From: Chrysomallon squamiferum
Taxonomy: Eukaryota; Animalia; Mollusca
Direction: 5' to 3'
NCBI GenBank assembly: GCA_012295275.1
Contig: CM022677.1
Location: 19,158,001-19,222,000, forward strand
Length of the DNA stretch: 64,000 nucleotides
The translations under genes were made by a program, and so were the position numbers. Every line of letters starts with the position of its first letter. Position 1 is the stretch's first letter. Under the pieces are notes generated by a model that saw nothing but the letters and a program-made list of their open reading frames with translations, was not told the DNA's origin and did no database searches. Positions 32,329-48,329 of this stretch are shown here, piece after piece.

Positions 32329-32945
32329 TGCATATATTTACATACTTATTATTACTATTATCAGTAGTATTATTATCATCATCATCATTATTTATTTTTA
32401 CTACTATTATTATTATATTTTCTATTACTTATACACTATATTATTATTAATATATTTTCTATTACTTATACACTATATCATTATTATTATTATTATTATT
32501 GTGGTTGTGGTTGTTCTTAATACTAGATGCACTATTAATATTATCATTATAAACATTATTATTATAATAATCATCATTTTCATCTTCATTACTAATATCA
32601 TAATATTTTATTGTGCTCTATCTTTAACAAAGACTAACATCTAATATATATATATATACATATTACATTTTAATTAGAACAAAAATATTTACTTGTTAAT
32701 TAAAAAACTAAACACTGATAGCACTGTATTTTTATCAAACCTTATTACACTCAATTTAATAATCTGTAGGATAAAATTATTTTTGTTTCAATATTCCGTA
32801 TGTTATTTGTATGTGGTGTTCGGTAGTTAGAATGTACACGTAGTAGCTATGACGTCATTTTGTGTTCATTACGTCATTAATTTTTATATATTTATATATC
32901 TTTATTTTATCAGATTTGTTCTTTAGTCTCACTTTCTGGCTTTCA

Positions 32946-33017
<72 letters not shown>

Positions 33018-33159
33018 TTTTTATCGTAGTTATTTTCCGTTTCCTTGTATTTCTGTACTTGTAAAAGTTTCCTTTGTTTACTAATAATCGAAATAAAAAT
33101 GCTTTATTTTTTGTTGTCATGTTTAGTTTATTATTATTATCATCATCATCATCAACATC

Positions 33160-33216
<57 letters not shown>

Positions 33217-33574
33217 AATGATCCTTTCAACAACAAAAATAAACAAACAAATAAATAAATAAATAAATAAACTGATGACGTCATTAGAGCACACTTTATT
33301 AATATCGTGCAGGAAAAACCAAACTGGCTTTTTAAAATATATTTTGATAAATTTCCTCATATCGGTGGGGGGGGGTGCCCGACCACCCACCTTGTAAGTA
33401 AATTGGATCTGCACCTGCAATGGCGTGTTTAAAGTGCAAAATGACGCAACGTTTTGTTTACGGTCGTCATGCCACTGCACCAATAGTTATACAAGAGGCA
33501 ATGAACTGGTTTACACACAGAATTACTGAAGCATTTTTACATCATCATGAGGAGGCCTTGTTTGGGTTGGGTTT

Positions 33575-33618
<44 letters not shown>

Positions 33619-33684
33619 CTGAAATATTTCTGGAAAATGTTTTAATTTTATTATTATTATCAGGGAAATTTTCCAAGGCAAGCA

Positions 33685-33720
<36 letters not shown>

Positions 33721-34013
33721 TAATACAAAGAAGTAAGTGTGGTGTATTAAGTATAGTGATGTTTGTGTTTGTGAATGTAAATGTATGTTGGGCTGAGGGT
33801 AGTAGAAAGTGCTTGTTCTCGAAGGGTGGGTATGGGTGGTGTTTAGTTGCCGTGGGGTTCTTCTTAGCTCTTGGGTCCCGGAACAGCGGACCTCTCATAG
33901 GCTCTGATTATTGATTGTTTGTTGTTGAAATTGTTCCTGCTGTTGACGCATGTATTTTTTTTTGCTATCCGTGTTGTTGTGGTATTATTATTATATGTTA
34001 TTATTATTATTAT

Positions 34014-34045
<32 letters not shown>

Positions 34046-34046
34046 C

Positions 34047-35083
34047 CAGAACTGGATTAAGCTACTGCAGGGCCCATAACAAAACATAGCATTAGCTCCT
34101 ACTACAGACTAGTTACAAAAGTAAACGCAACCCACCCACACTATTATCACAGTTTTACATACAACATAAACACACCTTAATGTTTGATGATTTGTCCAGA
34201 CAAAAGGAATCTTGCCAACAGTACCAAAAACCAGTGCAAATGTACCATTAAACTGTAACGTAACTGCATGTATGCTCCGAAAACTTGGGTCAAAGTTTAG
34301 GCCAGAAGACAGACTGAGATTCAGCTTTATATCGCGCTTTTCAGATTTTATATGAGCAAATTTTTTTTATAATGGAAGTAGTGTCAACAGTTCTCAACAA
34401 CTCGCATTGAATGCTCATCCACGTCAGCATATTTAAACGTGTTTTTTTTCGTTCTTTGTGCAATTTGTAAGCGGCGCAGTTTAGAAAACGAACACTCCCT
34501 CATTCAGTTTGTAACCATCATACACACACACAAATAAAAGCGTAGCATTATTACAGTATCAGTAAAACACGACTGCACGTTGTGATAGCTGAAGATCAGC
34601 TCCAATGCCTCGCTGCCTGTCATCGCCGTGTTGTCCTAATCATCAGCTATAGCAGCATCTAACTGAGAAGCACTCGGATCAGTTGTCGTAGCCGGCTTGC
34701 TAAACTCAGTGTTGAGAACGGTAGAAGTTCGTTTGCCAGACTGGTCTGCAAATCAATTTTGACATCGACCCTAAATTTCGCGAAAAGCCAAACTTGTTAC
34801 TGATTTCCTCATACGCTTGCAAACGTTGTTTTTTTGTTGTTGTTTTTTTCAGTTTATTTGTGACAAAGCTACTAGTGAAGTAGTTTGTGGTCCACTGGCT
34901 GATGAGGAAACAACAATTCAACAATAAAACTGTTCAAAAACGTACCTCTACACAAAACAAATACCAAAGTCTGCAGTCAAAATCGTGATACACAACTTTT
35001 TGATTTTAAAAAATTAAAAATAAAAAAATAAAAATAAAAGGTGATCCATTTGCTACAACTGCTTCGATGTTAATCTAGCACTG
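34047..35083 (-). mobile_element. Degenerate hAT-superfamily DNA transposon with transposase remnants
   Basis: Imperfect TIRs CAGAACTGGATTAA ... TTAATCTAGCACTG. Minus-strand broken peptides LRFYLC..MMVTN*MRECSFSKLRR, RLNMLTWMSIQCELLR..FAHIKS and RLQAYEEISNKFGF match the hAT C-terminal dimerisation region (ERSFSKL motif). Confidence 0.8.
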
Positions 35084-36283
35084 ATTACTACTGTTATTGT
35101 TGTCGTTGCTGTTGTTGTTGTTGTTTTACACTCCACACGTAACGTATTCAATAGTATCAATGACGTCACCAATACTGTCAGGACAGTATATAAAATTAAC
35201 GATGACATCATAAATTTAGTTATAAAGGAGAAAAATAGTCGCTTATTATTTATTTATTTATTATTATTATTATTTAATACTTTGTTATAAACGATGGTGA
35301 GATATTGACAAAACTTGGATAATAATAATAATAATTAAATAATTAATTAATTAATTTGAATTTTATTATATTATTTGTTGCATTTTAATGCTAATTAATT
35401 TTAATTTCATACATTAAACAAAATCGAAAACAAGACAGAAAACAAAGAATTATAAATAATATTTTATTCAGATCATTATTTACAAAATAAATACAAATGA
35501 TGAAAATATCTTATATGTAAGAATTTGGTTAAAATGTAGAATAAAACATGATCAAATCTGTATAATTTATTTAAACTAAAATGTTTGCTTAAGTTAAAAT
35601 CTTCTGGCAAATTATTTTACTTTTATTATCCAGAAGAAAAATTTGTATATAATTCCAATACTATGAATAATAACAGTAACAGCAGTAGTTGTTGTTCATA
35701 AAGTTGTATTAATAGTAGTAGCAGTAGCAATAGTACTGGTAATCATAGTTGTAGTAGTAGTAATAGTACTAATGGTAGTAGTAGAGTAATAGTCATAGTA
35801 ATAATAGTAGCAGTCAGCAGTAGCAGTCATAGTAGAAGTTGAGGTGGCAGTAACAATAGTTGTAGTAGCAGCAGCATATGTAGTAGTAGTAATAATGGTG
35901 ATAGTTGTAGTCATAATGGTAATGTGGTTGTTGTAGTAGTAACAGAACTTGCTGAATTAACAGTAACATTATTACTACAGTTATAACACGTCCTAATAAT
36001 ATTTCACTGACTTCTTTATTGTAAACCTATTACTAATTATAAGGATTCATACGTCATATAAAACACAGAATACTACTTTTCATTTACTAATCCATCTTTT
36101 TTTTTTTTTATAGTGACTGGACAATATCTGGACGATGGTCAATGGACGGATAAGAATGTTTAATCAGCGTTTGTCACCGATTTACATTATGCTGGTTCAG
36201 GGCCAATTACCTTACCATGAATATTACTTAAAATTAAATATGGCTGACTTAATGGTTATTAACGTTGGCTCAAATTGTGGTGG

Positions 36284-36773
36284 TCACTCCACTACTTTGA
36301 CCGTTTGAATGTGAGGTGCCACGGTAACGGGTGACCCCTGTCCAGCGAGGCGTTTGAAGATGTGACCAGACTGCGACGGTGGACAAGTCTGTTTAGGGTA
36401 TTTGCTCGCTGTCGCATGTCCAATTGTTTGCTGAAATAAAAATAATAAATAAATAATTAAATAAATAAATAAATATTCATATAAATAAATCAATCAATCA
36501 AATAAAACAATAAACAAACAAATAAATAAATAATAAAATAAATAAATAAAATAAACAAATAAATAAATAAAATAAATAAATAAAATAAAACAATAAACAA
36601 ACAAATAATATAAATTAATTAACTAATTAAAAAAAAATAAAAAAATAAAAAAATAACAATAAGTTAATAATAAATAAATGGAACTGTTTAGATATGTTAA
36701 ATTCACACACCTACACACACATTATATATATATAAAACACTTATATAAGAAGGAACACACAAATATATATATG

Positions 36774-36809
<36 letters not shown>

Positions 36810-37332
36810 ACACACATAAAATCAAAGACAAACAGTAATAAAATCAAAAGAAGAAGAAAAAAACAACAAAAAGATTTAACACACATATCTGAAAAAAAAA
36901 AAAACACCACATATTTTTAATTTAACACTCTATCTAATAAATTAAAACTAATTTGAGTGCTGTGCCTATTTATTCTTCTGATATTTACATTACAATTACC
37001 GTAAGACACACACACACATAAACACACACACAAAAATTAAAATAAATTAAAAAACGTCAAACCTTTGTGATTGGTTGATGCCTCTCTACAATCACCGAAG
37101 CCATGGGTGGGGCAAGTAGAGCTGATCCTGACCCACCTCCAAGGTTCTTACCCACTTTTCCACAATCTGTCCGCCCTGTAATTTTTGCTGTGATGACTCG
37201 CCCCTTCGTACTCGCGCTGGTCGAAGGTTTTAAATGTGGCTGGGGAAACAGATTGTAGAATGATTAGTAAAAGAAATGTTGAGATTGTGTGTTCTGTTTC
37301 ATAATGGGTGCTCTCTCTCTCTCATACTTACT

Positions 37333-37379
<47 letters not shown>

Positions 37380-39447
37380 CATATACATATACATACAGAC
37401 ACGCTCACTCATACACATATAGAAATACACATTCAAATGCACACAGACATACATACATGCATACTCATATCCAACTGTGGTTCAAAAAACAAAAATAACA
37501 GAAAATTAAAGAATTTATTATTATTATTATTATTATTATTGTTGTTGTTGTTGTTGTTGTTATTGTTATTATTATTATTATTATTAGCATCACTGCTGTA
37601 TAAACAGAAAACACATCAACAATGATGATGGTAAAAACTTGTATAATAATAATAATAACAATAATAATAAAAAAATTAATAATAATAATAATAATAATAA
37701 TAAACAATTAATAAAAACAATACTAATAAAAACAACAACAACAACAATTGCTAACAATACAAAAAAAAATAAAAAATACTGTAATAACAAAACAAATTAT
37801 CTACCATAGACTGAGCCTGAGAGAGTGTGGATGATGATGGCCTTGACCCCTGACTTGTAATGACTCTGGGAGGAGGGTGTTGAACAGGGTGGGTGGTGAA
37901 GATGGGTTCCTGTGGGATGGTCTTGGGTCCACCCAGTTCTTTGTCGGGAACGAATCTCTCAAAGTTGTCAGACAGATCTTCAACAGAGCGCGAACCCAGT
38001 TTTACATCTCCTACAGTGATAGTAATAACAGTAATAGTAATAACAGTAATAGTAAAACAGTAATAGTAATAACAGTAATAGTAAAAGTAATAATAGTAAT
38101 AGTAATAACAGTAATAGTAATAGTAGTAACAGTAATAATAGTAATAGTAATAATAGTAATAACAGTAACAGTAATAGCAGTAATAGTAATAATAGTAATA
38201 GTAATACTAATAGTAATAATAATAATAGTAGTAATAATAGTAATAGTAATAGTAATAATAATAGTAATAATAAAAGTAATAGTAATAATAATAGTAAAAA
38301 TAATACTAATAATAAAAGTAATAGTATTAATAATAATAGCAATAGTAATGATAATAATAATAGTAGTAGTAATAGTAATAATAACAATAATAATAGTAAT
38401 AATAACTAATGATAATAATGATAGTAATAATAATGATGATAATAACAATGATGATGATAATAATAATAATAATAGTGATGATAACAATGATGATGTTTGT
38501 TTGTTTGTTTCTTTGTGTGTGTGTGTCTCTGATTCACTCCCTCTGTCTCTTTCGTCTTTGTCCTTCTTCTCTCTCTCTTGAAACATGATAAAATATATAA
38601 AACGAAAAATAAAAATGAATTTCCCTACAAATTGTAACCATGGTAACCTACCTCCTGCCTGCTCCTCCTCGTCGCCCTGGAACATCGTCATGGCTTCGAG
38701 GTTGAGTGCACACACGCCGCGCATGAACGCTTTCTTCATGGCCTCCTCGTACCTCTCTCTCTCCTTCAACAGTTTACTCACCTCATCACGAGATGCATCT
38801 AGAGCTTCATTCAGCTGATAATAGAAATAATGATGATGATGATGATGATAACAACAACAAAAACAAAAATAACAAAATGAAAAGAAATAATAATAATAAT
38901 AAAAGAATAAAATGAAAATTTTAATGATGATTTGTGAAAATAATAATATAATAATAAAATAATAAGAATAAGAATATAAATGATAATAATGATGAATGAT
39001 GGTAACAATAATAATAAGAAGATGAAGAATGAAATATAAATATAAACAAATAGTAATTGAAAATATTAAGACGACAACAACAACAATCAAATAAAAACAA
39101 CAGTAAATAAATAAATAAAACAAACTACAGATATAAATAAAAATAATAAAAAATAAATAAATGAAAAAAAATAAATTATATGTAAAAATAAAAAAATATA
39201 TATTAAACAAATATACAAACAAATACACACATATACATATATATATATATATAAAACAAACAAACAAAAATAAAAAGAAAATGAAAAAAAAACAATAAAT
39301 AACTTAAAAAACATTTAAAATATAAAACTGATCAAAATTTCTTAAAAACTCACATAATTTAAAAAAATAATAAATAACTAAATAATAAAATAAAAAAAAA
39401 AATGAACAATAATTATAATAAAATAAAAAAAAAATAAAAATAACAAA

Positions 39448-39483
<36 letters not shown>

Positions 39484-41556
39484 CAATCACAGAATTTATT
39501 TTGATCTGGTAATCGTTGGTGAGCTGCCTGCACACCTCCTGGGCCTTGGCCTGGCAACAACAACAATAAAAAGAACACTTCCACTTTGTCTCGATGATGG
39601 AGTGCCAGCCCGCCCAAAAACTTCTGACAGAGAGTTCTTTTATAGTGGTTAGCAGCAAGGTTGCTGGCGAACGCCTGGGAAAACAAATGAAGGAAAATGA
39701 ATGTTTAATCAAACAGATACAACATTACTAGCAAATGAACAAAAGATCAGATACAATAAAATTGTTAACTGAGTTGATAGAAAATTGTTTGGCGAATGAA
39801 TAGATATGAACAAAATGATTAGATACAATAAAATGTTAACTGTGATGGTAGAAAATTGTTTGGCAAATGAATAGATATGAACAAAATGATTAGATACAAT
39901 AAAATGGTAACTGTGATGGTAGAAAATTGTTTGGCAAATGAATAGATATGAACAAAAGATTAGATACAATAAAATGTTAACTGTGTAGGTAGAGAATTGT
40001 TTGCAAATGGCCTGTATACAATATATTGTTTGGCAAATGAACAGATGTGAACAAAAGATTAGATACAATATATTGTTTACTGAAAAAAGGCCTGGAAATG
40101 AATACAATAAACTGTTTGAGTGATGGTGCTACCAAATGTAGGTGCAACACTGTCCACAGTTACCTCCCTTGACTGCATACTAATTTAACTTAATTAATCA
40201 GTAACAAACAGAACAGTTACTTCCCTTTAACTTTGTTTTAAAATAATAAAAATTTAAAAAAAAAAAACTCATCAAAAAATAAATAAATAACAAATCGAAA
40301 AAAAAAAAAAAAAAAAAAATAAACATTTTTACGTAATTACCTCCCTTTTGAAGTCGTTGTGTCGAACTTTCCACTCCGCGAACTTCTTCGCCATTTCGTA
40401 TTTGTCTCTCTGCTTCTGCATCGCCTCACTGAGGTTCGATATGACCTCGTCTTTCCTCTGAATCGACATCTCGTATGTGTGCAGTAATTCTTTCACGTTT
40501 TCCAGTTCATTGATCAGAACATTTTCTCAACTGTGTCTCTGTTTTTTTAAATGGTAATTTTTATATTATTTATTTTTTTTAGTATTTTATTTTATTATTA
40601 TTATTATTATTTTATTATTATTTTTATTATTATTAATTTTAATTTTTAATTTTTAATTATTACTATTATTATTACTATTGGTTTATTTCTACTAATATTT
40701 ATTTATTTATTCATTTATTATTTAGTTTTAAATTTTACATTTTTAATTTTAAATATTTTTGTTTAGAAATGATTTAGTTTTAAATTTCACATTTGTTTGG
40801 TAAATATTTTTAAGAAATGATCATTACTATCAGTTCCATTATTTTGTTAATTTTTATTAATCATTAATTATTGCTGGTGTCATAATAATTATCATTATTG
40901 TTATCATTACTGTTGATAAATTTCATAATACTAATCATTTTCATACTGTTAGCATTATCATTAACAATGTTACTATAACCACAATAATCATCAATGTCAT
41001 TATATTAGTATTAACATAACAAAAATTATCATCAGTTTTCATAATAATCATTATTTTTTGTGTTATAATACGTATTATTATCATTACTGCTACTAATATC
41101 ATAATAATCATGATCATCATTTTCATTACTGTCACCATGAAAATTATTATTATTGTTTACTGTCATAATAAAAATCATCAATATCATTACAGTTATAAGA
41201 AAGTTTGTTATTATGAATACTGTTATAGTAATAATCAACATTTTAGTGACAACAACAAACCTTTCTTTAGTCTTTCTGTCTCTCCTGACGACTCAGTTCA
41301 ACGATTCGAATTTTTGATTGACTGAATTCAGCCTAGAAACAATAATAAAAATAAAAAAACAAATATTAATATAATTTTCTTTCTGAATATTTTAATAATA
41401 ACAAGAGAATGTAATAACAAGATACATAACATTTTTCTTTCTTTATTAATTGTAGGAGGATACAAGGTTATCTGTTGATAATAAAACTACTGAGATGACA
41501 GAAAGAAGCAGAATTCGTTGTATAAATAAATGATAAAATGTAATTCATATTTTAGA

Positions 41557-41643
<87 letters not shown>

Positions 41644-44600
41644 ACATTGACATTCAATTGTACTTTTCTGGGAGTAAGAATTTAATAAATGCAAACTCCA
41701 GATTAAATGAAAGAATTTACTGATAATAAATAAATAAATAAAATGTTTTAATAATAGTCAGAATAGTAGTAATAGGAGTAGTAGTAGTAATAATAATAAT
41801 AATGATAATGATGATAACAATAATAATAACAACAACAATCGAAATCAGAATAATAATAACAAAAATAACAACACTAATAGTAATAGCAGTAATAATAATA
41901 ATATTAATAAAAAAAATAACAATAATAATATATATTATACATAATTTATATACTCATTTTCTTTTAAAAACAATCACTAAACATTCAGCTAATAACATAC
42001 TACAAACCATTTATAATTATTCCATCTTTAAACAAAACTTTCCACGTGCAATAAAAAACGACAAAAAAACACAACAGTTTTATAAAAACAAATTTAACAT
42101 TGTTTTTTTTAAATTACCAAGACATTTCGTTTCAGTTCCAGTGTCCACTGATCTAAGAGTGATTCCATTCTGCCAACATCTGGGTCAATGGACGCTGTGT
42201 AGACAATCTCGTCAAACCCATCATGTCCAGAATCCTCGATGTCAGAGTTCAGACCTATAGAATGGTCCTTTGGTATATGGAGACGGTCGTAGGCTTAGAA
42301 CGGGAAAAAAATACATATATATATATTTTTAAATATTTATAAAGATGATGATGATGATGATGATGATATGTGATGAAAATCTGACTTGGAATGTTTGCTT
42401 AGATTGTAGAAGAAAACAATACATATAATTATATTTTTTTAAATTTATAAAGATGATGATGATGATGATTATGACAATGTGAATAAATTCTGCCTTGGAA
42501 TATATTCTTAAATTGTTGAAAAAAAAAATATATATATATATTTTTAAATTTATAAAGATGATGATGATGATGATGATGATGTTGATAATGATATGATGAT
42601 AATCTACTGAGGAATGTACACTGAAATTGGGGACAAAAGTTTTTTTCAATTTATGAAGATGTCATTGACTGGCAGAATAAAAAAAAAAATTAAAATTTAT
42701 AATGATGATGATGATGTGAATGATAACCTGCTGAGGAACGTATGCTTGTCTAGGGAACAAAAAAAAAAAATTTAATTAAAATTTCTGAAATTGTATTTTT
42801 ATATACAGACACACATATCCCTAAATCTGTTCTATACAATGTTAACCCTTAGTAAATAAATAATAATAAGACAAATATTTAACAAATAAATAAAGTGTTT
42901 AAATCAATATAAATAAATATATATATATATATAATATCTACCATGTTTATCAGTGGTAGGTGATATTCTTGTCTCTGTGTCTTCGTCTGTCCGAACATCT
43001 GCGTTTCTGTTTGTGTTTCTGGGAGTTACATCACCATCTTCATCTTCTTGTTGTTCTTCTTTCTGGTCACCTTCACCAACTGGGTGACGATTTTCTTTAC
43101 CAGACTCAGAGCCTTGATAAATAAATAAATGGTTAAATAAATGAATGAATGAATGATTAAATGAATGAATAAATAATAAATAATAACTAAATAAATAAAT
43201 AAATGAACAAATAAATAATAAATAAACGAATAAATAAATAATTGAATAAATACCTGAATAAATAAATAAATAAATAAATAACTGAATAAATAAATAAACA
43301 AATAAATAAATGAATAAATAATAAATAAATAACTGAATAAATAAATAAATGAACGAATAAATAATAAATAAATGAATGAATAATGAACAAATAAATGATT
43401 AAATGAATGAATAATAAATAAATAACTGAATAAATAAATAAATGACTAAATACAAACAAACACTTTCAGTAAATAAAATAAGAAGAAACAAACAAACAAA
43501 CAACTGAATAAATAAATAAAAAAAATAAATAATGCAAAGAAAAATAAATAAATAAAATAAAACAGAAAATTAAAAACAAAATAAATAAACAAACAACTCT
43601 ATAAACAGAACAAATAAACAAACAATAAAACAACAAAATAACAAAGAAAATTAAAAAATAAACAACAAAGAAACGAAAATGATAAAAAAACAAACCATGA
43701 AATAAAGAAAATAAAAATAAATAGCAACAAATAAATAAACAGGAACTTTTCTTTTTATAACAAAAATATTCTTAAAATACAGGACTTGACATACCACAGT
43801 GCTTAGTACATTTGACTGAAACGGCAAAAAAAATAATTTTGTATAAAAATATAAACTGGAGAAAATTAATTATTTTTCTAGTTTCTTATGTTATGCTGGC
43901 CATCTATACTTACAAAACACAAAACCTAAACCATTACCCAAATTTTCTATAGCTGGAATTGAGGAAAAAAGTTAACCTTTTGAGTTTATTTAGCAAGCAT
44001 TATCATTCATTGGCAGCCACATATTTTATTTGTCCAATTTAGCAAGAATTATGGCTGTTCCTATTTTTATGTACCCTGTACCTATACATCAAGTTGTATC
44101 ATAATATCTACCACAGTTTAAATTTCTACCAATAGATGAAAATACCCCTTTCAGTATAATCTTTGTTACATGTAGCTGGAAGTGAAATATAAAATTTCTG
44201 AAATATACTTAATAAAATACTTTGCATATAACATAACAATTACTAGTTAGAATGGGAAAAACAGTGTTATTCAAAAAAATTAACTGGTTATGGATGGTTT
44301 TACAAAGACACTGTATAATATTCAGTTGACTGTATAATAACGGTCTGAAAACGGGCTTAATGGTTGGAATGCGAAAAATAACTGTACCAGAGCCGAATGA
44401 TTTAGCACCCACAGTGATGATTTTCTCATCATCAAACTGAGCGAATGATGATCTGGAATCAGCCAGTGTCTGTCTGACGGTAGAAGGGTTGTAGTTTGGT
44501 AGCACAACAGCGTATTTCAGTAGTTCATTGTATTCTTCCTAAATAAATAAATATGTAAATAGATAAATAAATAAATAAATAAATACATAAATAAATAAAT

Positions 44601-44909
44601 AAATATGTGAATAAATAAATAAATAAGTGATTAATATAAATAAATAAATAAATAAGTGTTATGCTTTTAGCAATTTGGCTACGTAATAACTTTAAAGAAT
44701 TAATTAATAAATTTAAATGGCACTTCAGTAATTCAGTATACCTAGAAATCCAATTTACTGTACATACAGTACACACACACAAAAATGTTTATTATTTTGT
44801 ATTTTATTTATTTATTTTATTTATTTACTTGTAGCTGAGAGGACACAGAACTTCCAGGGGAATCAGGTGGAAGGTGTGGCAGACTAGAATCACTCTCTGT
44901 CCTTGACAT
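36284..44909 (-). CDS. POC5: Centrosomal protein POC5 (~575 aa; apparent stops/frameshift in the middle exons)
   Basis: Exons 44909-44829, 44538-44388, 43112-42942, 42293-42118, 41332-41261, 40538-40341, 39674-39491 (anomalous), 38814-38652, 38010-37805, 37239-37063, 36430-36284. Motifs recognised from POC5: GSSVSSQLQEEYNELLKYAVV, MESLLDQWTLELKRNV, SIQRKDEVISNLS, MKKAFMRGVCALNLEAMTMF, ITAKITGR, PPMASVIVERHQP, QTIGHATASKYP, VKVVE*. Probable 5'UTR exon ends at 45627. Confidence 0.92.
39700..40110. repeat. ~70-bp tandem repeat x5-6 in POC5 intron
   Basis: GCAAATGAATAGATATGAACAAAATGATTAGATACAATAAAATGTTAACTG units. Confidence 0.85.
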
Positions 44910-44942
44910 TTTGTGACTCTGAAAATAAATAAATAAATAAAA

Positions 44943-45053
<111 letters not shown>

Positions 45054-45626
45054 TGTGTGTGTGTGGCAACGATGACAGGTGTATGTTTATATGCAACTGG
45101 TGAATACACGAACACAAACGTACATGCATGCTACAGTCACAGTACATCAAATATACCCACCTGCCCGCATGCATACACACAATGTGACACATGTATACAT
45201 ATCCATACAGACAAATATGAATTTCACCACAATCTAACAGATAATTTGTTTTTAATCAAATTAATTTTTGTACATCGACATCCTCACTATTTTATTTATA
45301 CTGTCACAGTGAATACACTAACCATTATTCCGTTCTGGCTGTTACCGACCGGTTTTCTGTATCGTTAACTTTTTAATTAATTTAATGTTAAAGTAAAAGA
45401 GTAATTTTTGCTATATTGCAGAATTTTCTCCTTTTTTTAACCCTCGTGTGATACTATTACAGAGAGGTACAAACAAACAACAAATCAAGAAATCATCAGT
45501 TCATGTCGGAACATGTTTTCATATTCCCGGTTCGACTGCGGTAACAAAAAGTTAAAAAGCAAAAAGAAAAAATATATATCTGACGACAACATAACAAAAA
45601 AAAAAAACATATTGATTATAATTTAC

Positions 45627-45775
45627 CTTTCAAGTTTTGTAAATAAGGAATCTGGAATGTGATGAGTAGTTTTAGAATGATTAACAAAATGTACTGGAAG
45701 GCGTTTTTGAAACCACTAATTTTGTAAACAACTTTTCAAAAGCGCTTTTGTAACAACGATTTCTATTGGTCAGTA
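45627..45775 (-). promoter_or_regulatory. Putative POC5 promoter / 5'UTR exon
   Basis: AAG|GTAAAT donor at 45627; CHR-like TTTGAA motifs on both strands (~45706, ~45734); forkhead GTAAACA (~45724); CCAAT box (ATTGG ~45765). Confidence 0.35.
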
Positions 45776-45869
45776 TTAGTTTGTTCTGTCTTAATGGAAA
45801 TTCCATTTATTTAGTAAAAGCACCGCTCTTTTGGATATTTTATTTAGCAATTGATTTATTGATTTGCTA

Positions 45870-45927
<58 letters not shown>

Positions 45928-46332
45928 AATAATATTCAAATGATCTTCATTTAAAGATTATTTATATAAGTCATACAAATGCATTTGCTCTTCAAACATG
46001 CAAGCACGCTTAAATGCATTTATAAACCATATGCGTACACATCCACATACTTATAAACAATAACCAAACGAATTCACATACACGAATAAGAACACAGCTA
46101 CTCATACACACACACACAATTCATACATTCATAACAAACCACGCAAACACCCAGATATAGCGCATGGATATAATCCCAAATATACCCAGCGACTCACACG
46201 CAAACACACAAACAGACGCTCATAAAATAACAGACACTAACAAGGAAAAATAACATAGAAAGGAAAAAAAAAGGTTTTAAAAAAAAAACAAAAACCCCCA
46301 AAACCCAAAAAAATCAAAAAACCCTAATAGAG

Positions 46333-46370
<38 letters not shown>

Positions 46371-46498
46371 ATAATAATAATAATAATAATCTGGAAACGA
46401 TGATACGGTTGCATCACTATTTTAATTTATTATAATTTATTCATATTTTCGTGACGTTCCCGGCAGCTCTTTCGAGTAGGAAGTTACGTTCTTGCAAC

Positions 46499-47569
<1,071 letters not shown>

Positions 47570-47923
47570 TGTCTGAAAATGAATGAATAAATAAAGAAAT
47601 AAAGAAATAAATAAATATGTTATTAAATAAATGAATATTTTAATAAATAAATATGTAAATAAATAAAGAAAGAAAGAAATAGGTAAATGAATGAATAAAT
47701 AAATAAATAAATATGTTATTAAATAAATAAGTATGTAAATAAATAAATAAATAAATATGTAAATAAATAAATAAATAGGTAAATGAATGAATAAATAAAT
47801 AGGTAAATAGGTAAATGAATAAATAAATAGGTAAATAGGTAAATAAATATAGAAAAGAAAAAAAAGAAAAATGGAAAAATATACGTAAATATACAAGCCA
47901 TAATTCAGATTCAGTAATAGATC

Positions 47924-47968
<45 letters not shown>

Positions 47969-48329
47969 GTGAGTGTGTGTGAGTGTGTGCTGTGTGAGTG
48001 TGTGTGTGTGAGAGAGAGAGAGAGAGATTCAACAGTCCAAAATCGTTACATCATACACTAAATTAGTATCCAGTATTCAAAAATCAGTATACAGTATTCT
48101 GAACTAGTTTTACAAAAATCTAAAATCGTAATAAAAAATATTGTACAATTTTTAAAATACTTGTTTATTTATAGTAAATTCTTTGTTATATAATATTCAC
48201 TATATTGTAAATTGTTTGTACAATTATAAGCTGACATCTACACAATGTTTAAAATACTTGTATCATATTGTAAACTGGTTAAAAAATATGATAAAAACTG
48301 CTTAACATTCTAAATCGTCATATTGTAAA

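Noticed and set aside
38011-39267. 418-aa ORF and other long poly-Leu/Ile/Val, YVCM and ERER ORFs
   Set aside because: Microsatellite read-through; only 38652-38814 is real coding sequence (POC5 exon).
40527-41269. Stop-codon readthrough or selenocysteine explanation for POC5 stops
   Set aside because: One stop is TAA, and nearby indel-type lesions point to sequence error or decay rather than recoding.
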